DNA from: Gemmatimonadales bacterium
GTDB taxonomy: Bacteria > Gemmatimonadota > Gemmatimonadetes > Gemmatimonadales > GWC2-71-9
NCBI GenBank assembly: GCA_041577295.1
Contig: JBFGJG010000001.1
Coordinates: 224,001 to 288,000, forward strand
Length of the DNA stretch: 64,000 bases
Direction of reading: 5' to 3'
Within the stretch, counting starts at the first letter, position 1. Every line of letters begins with the position of its first letter. Positions 30,603 through 38,956 of the stretch are shown here, piece by piece. Under the pieces are notes generated by a model, which was not told the origin of the DNA, did no database searches, and worked only from the letters and a program-made list of their open reading frames with translations. Position numbers and translations under genes: made by a program.

Positions 30603-31502
30603 TCAGGAAACGCTTTGCTGTGCCGCCACTTGCCAGACGTCCTTCGCCCAGCTCCGCACGACCGCGATAAGTCGCTGCTGGTGTGAGAGGAGGGTAAACG
30701 TGTGGTCCGCCCCATCGAGACAGCTCACGCGCACCACGCCAGCTGAATCGGTCCGCGGGTAAGCGTCGGCCGCGTCCGCCTGTGCGCGGTACATCTTGCT
30801 GAGCCGAGCCGTATAAATGAATAAGAGGTGCACCCCTCGGCTCCGCAACTCCTCGGTGCGCTCCACGGCGAGAGCCTTTGGGGGAAGATCGATCACAAAA
30901 CGCTCGACGTCGCCGCTCCCCGCATTACCTGGACTGCCGAGGACTCGCAGAATGGCATTGCCGGCGAGCTTCCACACGGGATGTCGTCCGGTGACCAACC
31001 GCCACCATAGGTCGGGCGTCAAGACGCGCCGGAGCGCCTGTGCCCGCCGCTTCGACTGCTGGGTGCGCTCGAATTCCGCGCTGGCATATGCGTAGCCGTC
31101 GATCATGGCGGCGCCCGCGACACGTGGGTCCGCGCAGGCTACGCGGAACGCGTGGTCGGCACCCGAGCACAGGCCGAGAATCACGAAGCGGTCGATACCA
31201 CGTAGAGCGGCAACGTGATCCATGGCCTCCACCGTCTCGCCCACCCTGCTTCGGTGATAGGGCAAGCCATCCTCACGGGGTGCGCTGTCTCCCAAGCCAG
31301 AGAGGTCGAACCGGAGCACGACGAAGCCAGCCTGCGCGAGCCGCCGGGCCAGCCGGACGTGCAACCGGTTGGGACCCACGCGATGTACGATTCCCGCATT
31401 GACGATGATAACGGCGGGACGGTCTGCGGCCTCGGCCGTCGGCTCGGAAAGGATACCAACGAGCCGTTGTCCATCACCAAAGCGGGCGATCTTCTCCCTC
31501 AT
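30603..31502 (-). CDS. Alpha/beta-hydrolase with GLCSG elbow (resembles exosortase-A-associated hydrolase 1)
   Basis: NAGIVHRVGP, RFDLSGLGDS, GLCSGA and ADHTF motifs; start ATG 31502 (ATGA overlap). Confidence 0.8.
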   Translation of the reverse strand: MREKIARFGDGQRLVGILSEPTAEAADRPAVIIVNAGIVHRVGPNRLHVRLARRLAQAGFVVLRFDLSGLGDSAPREDGLPYHRSRVGETVEAMDHVAALRGIDRFVILGLCSGADHAFRVACADPRVAGAAMIDGYAYASAEFERTQQSKRRAQALRRVLTPDLWWRLVTGRHPVWKLAGNAILRVLGSPGNAGSGDVERFVIDLPPKALAVERTEELRSRGVHLLFIYTARLSKMYRAQADAADAYPRTDSAGVVRVSCLDGADHTFTLLSHQQRLIAVVRSWAKDVWQVAAQQSVS

Positions 31503-32290
31503 CGGTAGCGCTCGCTGACCCACGAGACGATCTGCTCGAGCACCTTTGAGGGTACGAGCTCGTTCGACCACAGCGCCCGCTCTTCCCAGATCGGCTGCGC
31601 GGTGAGCCGAGCCCTCTGAATACCCACTCGGGCGCTACGCCACCGTGACTCCAACAGATCGTAGTCGGGACACTCTCGCGTGGTCACGAGGAAGACAGCT
31701 TGCGTCGCCGGGACCGGAACGGTGGACAGGTCGAGCCCCACAAGCTCGCCGCGCAGCGTTTCGCCCATCGAGAAGCCAAACAATCCGTCTTCCTCCGAGG
31801 GTTCTCCGTTGTGCTGCCGCAGTACGTTCACGACCAGGTCCCGGTGCCGCTCATAAAGCTCGTCCACATACGCTTGGCCGGTCACGACGGGATCCCACAA
31901 CGCCAAACCTGTCACGTCGTTGCGATCCTTCGCCGCGAGCGCGGCGAGGGTACCACCTAACCGCAGACCAATCAGGCAGCTTTGCTGCACACTAGTCGTG
32001 TCCACGAGCTCGGTAAGCGCCACGTCGATATCCGACCGCCACTGCTCAACGGTGGATTGGTCGTCATCCCCGTACGAGTCCCCGGAGCCGGAAAAATCGA
32101 ACCGGAGCACCGGGAAGCCCGCCCGCGCAAGTCGTGTAGCGAGCTGACGCAGTGACCGATGCGAAGGGTTGTACTCGTCGCGCGCAGCCGCGCAGAGCAC
32201 GACGCCGGCGCTGCGTTGATGTTCCCCGCTGGAAGGGTGTAGCACCCCAAAGAGTGGGGCGGCGGAGGCGCCAAAGTAGAACGGGTTCAT
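31499..32290 (-). CDS. Alpha/beta-hydrolase fold protein with GLRLG elbow (resembles exosortase-A-associated hydrolase 2)
   Basis: RFDFSGSGDS.G, GLRLGG and WDPVVTG motifs. Confidence 0.8.
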   Translation of the reverse strand: MNPFYFGASAAPLFGVLHPSSGEHQRSAGVVLCAAARDEYNPSHRSLRQLATRLARAGFPVLRFDFSGSGDSYGDDDQSTVEQWRSDIDVALTELVDTTSVQQSCLIGLRLGGTLAALAAKDRNDVTGLALWDPVVTGQAYVDELYERHRDLVVNVLRQHNGEPSEEDGLFGFSMGETLRGELVGLDLSTVPVPATQAVFLVTTRECPDYDLLESRWRSARVGIQRARLTAQPIWEERALWSNELVPSKVLEQIVSWVSERYR

Positions 32291-32295
32291 GCGCT

Positions 32296-35200
32296 CTAAC
32301 TTCCGCGGCGGGTCACGAACCGCAGCAGCTTGGCCCCGAGCCCGGGCCGCCCTTTCGGTCCTTCGGGTGCTGACGCTCGCTCCTCACACAGCGCTGCGAT
32401 CTGGCCGAGGGTCTGCAGCACCATGTCGCGCGCGCTGAGTCGCACGCCGATCGCGTCGTCGATCCTGGCGATGACCTGCATAGAGAGGAGTGAATGTCCG
32501 CCGAGGTCGAAGAAGTTGTCGTTGACATCGATCCCATCTGAACCGAGCGCCGAGGACCAGATCTCCGCAATCGTCTTTTCCATTGGCGTCGTGGGTGGAA
32601 CGATGCGGCTTTTGCCCGCGAGCCCGGGTTCCGGGAGCGCCTTACGATCGACCTTCCCGTTCGGTGTGAGAGGCAAGGACTCCAGCGTCACGAACATCGC
32701 TGGGATCATGTAGCCAGGCAGGCGCTCCCTGAGAAACGTTCGTAGGTCGGTCCCCGTTGGCTCGTGCGCGTCGGCCTTGGGAACGACGTACGCCACCAAT
32801 CGTCTGTCGTCACTGCTGTACGAGCGGACCACGGCGACCGCCTCGCTAACAGCCTCATGCGCCGCGAGGGCTGCTTCCACCTCGCCGAGCTCGATGCGAA
32901 ACCCCCGCAGCTTTACCTGGTTGTCCACACGCCGCAGGTACTCGACGTTGCCGTCAGCACGGTACCGCACCCAGTCGCCTGTCCGGTAGAGACGCTCGGT
33001 GGGGTCATCGCTGAAGGGGTCCGCCACGAATCGCTCCGCCGTCAACGCCTCCCGCCGCCAATACCCTCGGGCGAGCCCTGCGCCGCCGATGTACAGCTCC
33101 CCAGGCACGCCCACGGGCACCGGATGCATGTCGTCGTCTAGCACATAGAGGGTCGTATTCGCGATTGGACGCCCGATGAGCACCGGAGCCGAGGGGTCCT
33201 TCACGTGGTAACACGTCGACCAGATCGTCGTCTCGGTGGGCCCATACATGTTCCACACGGCGGATGCGCGCGTAACCAGGACCTCCGCCAACTCCTGCGA
33301 AAGCGCCTCACCGCCGCACAGAACTTTCAGGCCCTCACCACCACTCCACCCGGCAGCGAGCAGGAGACGCCACGTGGCTGGCGTCGCTTGCATCACCGTG
33401 GCGTGCGAGTTTTTGAGTAACTGCAGCAGTCGCGTTCCGTCGCCCGCTGTCTCCTGGTCGGCGATGACCGTCGTTGCGCCCGCCGTGAGCGGCAACAACA
33501 GTTCCAGCACCGCGATGTCGAAGGACAGCGTGGTGACGGCAAGCACCACATCCGAGGATTGCATCCCCGGCTCGCGGGCCATGCTGGTTAAGAAGTTGAC
33601 CACGCCCCGGTGCCGGACCTCGACGCCTTTGGGCGTTCCGGTCGAGCCGGAGGTGTAGATGACATAGGCCAACTCATCCGGTGTCGTCGTATCAGCGAGC
33701 GGCGTTGCGGCACACTGTGCGATCTCCTCGTGCTCCCGATCGAGACAGATGACGTGATCAACCTCCAACGGTGCGCGGTCGACCAGGGTTGAGCTCGTCA
33801 CCAGCGCGGCCAGCTCGGCGTCCCGTTGCATGAATGCGATGCGCTCGGCCGGGTAATCGGGATCCAGCGGAACGTAGGCCGCACCCGTCTTGAGGACGCC
33901 GAGCACCGCGGCAAGCATCGCATCCGAACGCTCCAACAGAATTCCCACGCGCTCGCCTGGGCGTGCACCGCGATCCCTGAGGTATCGTGCGATCCGGTTC
34001 GATCGGGCTTCCAACTCGGCAAACGTGAGCGAATGGTTTCCGAACACGACCGCAGTGTCGTTCGGACTGTCTTTCGCTCGGCCCGCGATCAACGAGTGAA
34101 CCGACGACTCGGGATAGGTGTGCGCCGTCTCGTTCCACTCCACGAGCACCTGCGATCGTTCCGCATCGGAGAGCACATGGAGCTCGGCAAGTGGGCGATC
34201 GGGATTCGTTGCGATACCGCGTAACAGATGGTCGAAATGCTTGAGGAATCGCGCGATGGTCGCGTGCTCGAAGAGATCCGTACTGTACTCGAGCGCGCCG
34301 GTGACCTGCCCGTTCGTGGCTTCCAGCCAGAAGGCCAGGTCCGTCCGGGCGATGGGCGGGTGCCACTGCACCGGTGTCCACCTGACATCCCCCATGACGT
34401 TCGGCTCGCCAGTCGTGTCTTGGAAGGCGAACAGCACTTGAAAGAGTGGCGTGCGACTCAGATCCCGTTCCGGCCTCAACTCCTGTACCAGACGCTCAAA
34501 CGGCATCTCCTGGTGGCCATAGGCGCCCAGACACACGTCCCGCACTTCGCGGAGCAATGCACGAAAGTCGCTACCTTCGGGAATGGCGGTTCGCAGTACC
34601 AGCACATTCACAAACAGGCCAATGAGCCCTTCGAGTTCCGGTAGCTCGCGGTTGGCGACCGGTGACCCAAAAACGATCTCGCGCTGCCGCGTGTACTTGC
34701 TCAGCATCAGTGCCGCACCGGTGAGGAGCACCATGAACAGGGTCACCCCTTCCTCGCGGGCGATGTGCGTGAGCCGGTTGACGAGATCGGAAGGAAGCTC
34801 GAACGCCTGGGAGGTACCCCGATACGACTGCACCGGTGGGCGGGGACGATCCGTCGGCATCTCCAGAACCGGCAAGTCACCGGCCAGTCGCTCTCGCCAG
34901 TACCCAAGCAAGCGTTCGAGCTTTGCGCCCTGAAGTGTGGCCCGTTGCCATGCGGCGTAGTCGCCGTACCGGATTCCGGGTTCCACCATACTGAGGGGAG
35001 CGCCCTGAACGCTCGCCTCGTAGCACTGGATCAGTTCCTGGCGAAGGACAGTGAGCGACCACCCGTCGATAATGGTATGGTGCGCTACCAGGATTAGTAC
35101 GTGCTCGTCTGCCACCAGCCGAACGAGACGGGCACGGAACAGCGGGCCCCGTTCGAGGTCAAACGACCAGGTCGCTTCTTCGGCCAACACCTGATCCAAC

Positions 35201-35619
35201 CGCTGCTCCCGTTCCGTGGCGCTCAGCCGCTCCAGATCGACCAGCGGAAGGGGGAATGCTGCAACGGGCGCTACCTCGATGACGGGCACCTCACCGGCAA
35301 TGCGAAACGTGGTGCGGAGCGCATCGTGTCGTGCCACGACGCGTGTGAGGCTTTGCCGCAGACTGTCGACGTCGAGCGTCCCCGTTAGGCGATAGGCGGA
35401 ACGTACGCTGTAGATCGCCGCGTTCGGTTCGAGCTGATTGAGATACCAGAGGCGTTCTTGTGCAAAGGAGAGCGGCGGCGCAGCGCCCGGCGCCAATCGC
35501 GTAATAGTCGGACCCACCGTTCGCTGCAAACCCTTGCCACGCAAACGCTGCTCCAGCAACGCCCGCTTTGTCGCAGAGAGCTGGGCCTTACGACCGAGTC
35601 GCTCTCCTGCGTCAGCCAT
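32296..35619 (-). CDS. NRPS3: C-A(Gly)-T, no TE
   Basis: HHTIIDG, YTSGSTGTPKG, pocket read as DILQLGMIWK, and GGHSL; the protein ends about 60 aa after the PCP serine. Confidence 0.93.
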   Translation of the reverse strand: MADAGERLGRKAQLSATKRALLEQRLRGKGLQRTVGPTITRLAPGAAPPLSFAQERLWYLNQLEPNAAIYSVRSAYRLTGTLDVDSLRQSLTRVVARHDALRTTFRIAGEVPVIEVAPVAAFPLPLVDLERLSATEREQRLDQVLAEEATWSFDLERGPLFRARLVRLVADEHVLILVAHHTIIDGWSLTVLRQELIQCYEASVQGAPLSMVEPGIRYGDYAAWQRATLQGAKLERLLGYWRERLAGDLPVLEMPTDRPRPPVQSYRGTSQAFELPSDLVNRLTHIAREEGVTLFMVLLTGAALMLSKYTRQREIVFGSPVANRELPELEGLIGLFVNVLVLRTAIPEGSDFRALLREVRDVCLGAYGHQEMPFERLVQELRPERDLSRTPLFQVLFAFQDTTGEPNVMGDVRWTPVQWHPPIARTDLAFWLEATNGQVTGALEYSTDLFEHATIARFLKHFDHLLRGIATNPDRPLAELHVLSDAERSQVLVEWNETAHTYPESSVHSLIAGRAKDSPNDTAVVFGNHSLTFAELEARSNRIARYLRDRGARPGERVGILLERSDAMLAAVLGVLKTGAAYVPLDPDYPAERIAFMQRDAELAALVTSSTLVDRAPLEVDHVICLDREHEEIAQCAATPLADTTTPDELAYVIYTSGSTGTPKGVEVRHRGVVNFLTSMAREPGMQSSDVVLAVTTLSFDIAVLELLLPLTAGATTVIADQETAGDGTRLLQLLKNSHATVMQATPATWRLLLAAGWSGGEGLKVLCGGEALSQELAEVLVTRASAVWNMYGPTETTIWSTCYHVKDPSAPVLIGRPIANTTLYVLDDDMHPVPVGVPGELYIGGAGLARGYWRREALTAERFVADPFSDDPTERLYRTGDWVRYRADGNVEYLRRVDNQVKLRGFRIELGEVEAALAAHEAVSEAVAVVRSYSSDDRRLVAYVVPKADAHEPTGTDLRTFLRERLPGYMIPAMFVTLESLPLTPNGKVDRKALPEPGLAGKSRIVPPTTPMEKTIAEIWSSALGSDGIDVNDNFFDLGGHSLLSMQVIARIDDAIGVRLSARDMVLQTLGQIAALCEERASAPEGPKGRPGLGAKLLRFVTRRGS

Positions 35620-38600
35620 CGACCCCGTCTCCCACTAAGCGTTCGGCCTCTTCCTCGGATAACGCTTCGATCTCGGCCAGCAGCTGGTCCTCGATCATTT
35701 GCGCGAGCGCGGCAATCGTTGGCGCTTCGAATAGCCGCCTGAGCTCGAGGTCGATGGCAAAGTGGCCGCGGATCCGGCTGATGACGCGCGTCGCGAGCAG
35801 CGAATGGCCGCCGATTTCGAAGAAATTGTCTAGGACACCAACGTTCCCCACCCCGAGGACCTCCTGCCAGCATTCGACCAGCACGCGCTCGGTCTCGGTC
35901 CTGGGTGCCACACGCTCAGACTCCTGAACGCCATCATCACCCGGGTCCGGCAGCGCTTTGCGATCGACTTTCTGGGTCGTGGTCATCGGAAAGGCATCGA
36001 GCTGCACGAACTGCGCTGGGATCATGTACTCCGGGAGCCTGGTTTTCATGTACTCACGCAGCGCCGCAGTTGCAATCGTCGTCCCGCTCTCCCGCGGTAC
36101 GAGATAGGCGACGATGCGTGGATCACCACTTTGGCGCTTGAGAACCAGTGCGACAGCCTGTTGGACCTCAGGATGATCCGACAGCACGGCTTCGATTTCA
36201 CCGAGCTCGATCCGAAAGCCACGGATCTTTACCTGGTGATCGGTGCGCCCGAAGAACTCAAGATTCCCATCCGGCAGCCACCGACAGACGTCGCCGGAGT
36301 TGTACATCCGCGCCGCAGGATCTGCGGCGAACGGGTCGGCCACAAACCGTTCAGCGGTCAGTTCAGGGCGGTTGAGGTAGCCCAAGCCCACGAGGTCCCC
36401 GCCGATGTAGAGCGTTCCTGGCACCCCGATCGGCACGGGTCGCAGCCGCTCGTCTAGTACGTACAGCGAACTATTGAGCAACGGGCGACCGATCGGCACG
36501 CTGGACATGGTTTCGCCGTCCTCATCGTCCGGCGCCCGCCAGAGGCTACAAGTCACGGTCGTTTCCGTCGGGCCATAACTGTTGTACCACGGAATCTCAG
36601 TACCCACGATCCGCCGCCAACTGCGGAAAGCACCAGGCACCGCGGCCTCACCTCCAGCCGATACGAGGCGAATGGTCTTCGGAAACGGCGCACCGGATTC
36701 CAGGCCGCCAACCCACTCGTGCCAAAAAGCGGTTGGAAGATCCAAAACCGTGATGCCGTGCTCGAGCACAAAGTCGTGAAATCGTTCGAACGATCCGATC
36801 TGCTCGACGGGAAGGAGAACGCTGGCGCCACCTTGCAACAGAATGGACAACAGCTCTTCAGATCCCGTGTCAAACGCAATGGACGACAGCTGGAGCATTC
36901 GATCGTCTGCCGAGAGTGCCCACGCGTCGTTGAGCGATGCGCAGAGGTTGACGAACGCACGATGGTGAATCTCGACGCCTTTGGGCCGGCCCGTCGAGCC
37001 GGAGGTGTAGATGACGTAGAGCAGCGCGCTCGCGTCTACTCGGCACGGAAGGTCAACTCCACTCTCCCGCGCAATGGCCTCCCAATCCCGATCGATACAG
37101 ACGATCGTACCGTTGAACTCCGGCAGCTGCTCGAGCAGGGTCTCCTGTGTGATCAACACCGGGGCCTGCGTGTCCTCGAGCACAAAGGACATCCGATCGG
37201 GAGGGTACCGTGGATCCAGGGGAACGTACGCGCCACCCGCCTTGAGGATCCCCAGGACGGTCACCACCATGTCCAGTGACTTCTCGACGAACATGCCGAC
37301 GAGGGTGCCCGGTCCCACCCCCCGCGTGATCAGGTAGTTGGCCAGTCGATTGGCTCGCTCGTTCAACTCTCCGAACGTGAGCCTCCCGTCGGGAGCGATG
37401 ACGGCCACCGCCTCCGGCCGCTCGGCAACGCGCTGCTCGAAGATCTGGTGCACGCATGTCTCCCGTGGGACCTCGGCGGACGTCGCATTCCACTCCACCA
37501 GGACGCGATGCCGCTCCGGCTCCGGCATGATGTCCAGATCTCCCACGGGCGTATCCGGATCCGCAACTGCTGCCCGCGCGAGCGTTACGAAGTGGCCCGC
37601 CATGCGCTGGATGGTAGAGCGATCGAACAAGTTCGTGTTGTATTCAATCCAGCCCAGGAGCCCTGCATCACTTTCCATCATTGAAAGCGTAAGGTCGAAG
37701 CGGGCCACCTCCGGGTCGATCCGCCACGGCGTCATCGTCACGCCCGGCAATTCAATCGACCGCGTCGGAGCCGATTGCCAGTCGAACATGACCTGGAACA
37801 CCGGGTGGTGATTGAGATTGCGTTCCGGGTGGAGATCTTCGACCAAGCGCTCGAACGGAAGCTCCTGGTGCGCCTGGGCACCCAAGGTTGCTTCCTGAAC
37901 GCGGCGTAGCAGATCGGAGAATGACGGATTGTCCGCGAAATCCGTCCGGAGCGCGATGGTGTTCACGAAGAACCCGAGCAGGTTCTCCAGCTCCAAGCGA
38001 TTCCGGTTGGCGATGGGCGTGCCGATGATGATGTCGTCGAGACTCGTGTAGCGGTGGAGAAGAACCTGAAACAGTGACAGCAGCGTCATGAACGGCGTAG
38101 CGCCATGCCGCTGACCGAAACGGCGCAGTGCATCCGCGAGATCCGGTGGAATACGGAATGGTTCTTCCGCTCCTTCCGGCGTCAGAATACCGGAGCGGGT
38201 GCGATCACCCGCAACCTCGAGTATCGGAAGTCTTCCACCGAGACGGTCTTTCCAATACTTAAGCTGCCGGTTGAGCAGATCTCCCCGCAGGCGTTCCCGC
38301 TGCCAGACGGCAAAGTCACCGTATTGAATGGGCAATTCCGGCAGCGCCGCCGGTGTTTTAGCAACGTGAGCACGGTACAACGCGGCGAGCTCACGCTGAA
38401 AGACTCCTCGTGACCACCCGTCGAACACGGCGTGATGCACGGTAAACACGAGCGCATGCTTGCGGTCGTTCTGCCGCAGCAACAACGCTCGGTAGAGCGG
38501 CCCCGCGGTCAAGTCGAACGACCGTCGAGCCTCTTCGGCTGCACGATCCTCCAGCTCGCGCGCGGACGGTCCGACGTCCACCACCGGGATTTCCACTCTA

Positions 38601-38956
38601 CCCGGCGGCTCGACGATCTGTACCGGCCCCGCGTCATCCGACCTGAAGCGCGTGCGCAGGACGTGATGGCGGCTCACGATCTCCGTGATGCTCTGCTCGA
38701 GCGCCCCCCTGTGAAGCTCGCCGGCGAGGTGATAACAGTCTGGCAGGTTGTACGCCGGAGTCCCGGGCTCGAGCTGATCGAAGAACCACAACCGCTCCTG
38801 TCCAAACGAAAGCGGAAACGGGCCCTTGCCGTCACGGCGTGGGATCGTACCGCCTTCTGCACGCTTGACTCCTCGGGCCTCCAGCATCCGCGCAATCAAC
38901 TCGCGTTTGTCAGCGGTGAGTTCCGGTGGTCCTGCTGCGTTGCGGTTATCGCTCAC
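35612..38956 (-). CDS. NRPS2: C-A(basic amino acid?)-T
   Basis: HHAVFDG, YTSGSTGRPKG, pocket read as DTEDSGSVTK, and GGHSL; GTG start overlaps the NRPS1 stop. Confidence 0.93.
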   Translation of the reverse strand: MSDNRNAAGPPELTADKRELIARMLEARGVKRAEGGTIPRRDGKGPFPLSFGQERLWFFDQLEPGTPAYNLPDCYHLAGELHRGALEQSITEIVSRHHVLRTRFRSDDAGPVQIVEPPGRVEIPVVDVGPSARELEDRAAEEARRSFDLTAGPLYRALLLRQNDRKHALVFTVHHAVFDGWSRGVFQRELAALYRAHVAKTPAALPELPIQYGDFAVWQRERLRGDLLNRQLKYWKDRLGGRLPILEVAGDRTRSGILTPEGAEEPFRIPPDLADALRRFGQRHGATPFMTLLSLFQVLLHRYTSLDDIIIGTPIANRNRLELENLLGFFVNTIALRTDFADNPSFSDLLRRVQEATLGAQAHQELPFERLVEDLHPERNLNHHPVFQVMFDWQSAPTRSIELPGVTMTPWRIDPEVARFDLTLSMMESDAGLLGWIEYNTNLFDRSTIQRMAGHFVTLARAAVADPDTPVGDLDIMPEPERHRVLVEWNATSAEVPRETCVHQIFEQRVAERPEAVAVIAPDGRLTFGELNERANRLANYLITRGVGPGTLVGMFVEKSLDMVVTVLGILKAGGAYVPLDPRYPPDRMSFVLEDTQAPVLITQETLLEQLPEFNGTIVCIDRDWEAIARESGVDLPCRVDASALLYVIYTSGSTGRPKGVEIHHRAFVNLCASLNDAWALSADDRMLQLSSIAFDTGSEELLSILLQGGASVLLPVEQIGSFERFHDFVLEHGITVLDLPTAFWHEWVGGLESGAPFPKTIRLVSAGGEAAVPGAFRSWRRIVGTEIPWYNSYGPTETTVTCSLWRAPDDEDGETMSSVPIGRPLLNSSLYVLDERLRPVPIGVPGTLYIGGDLVGLGYLNRPELTAERFVADPFAADPAARMYNSGDVCRWLPDGNLEFFGRTDHQVKIRGFRIELGEIEAVLSDHPEVQQAVALVLKRQSGDPRIVAYLVPRESGTTIATAALREYMKTRLPEYMIPAQFVQLDAFPMTTTQKVDRKALPDPGDDGVQESERVAPRTETERVLVECWQEVLGVGNVGVLDNFFEIGGHSLLATRVISRIRGHFAIDLELRRLFEAPTIAALAQMIEDQLLAEIEALSEEEAERLVGDGVDG

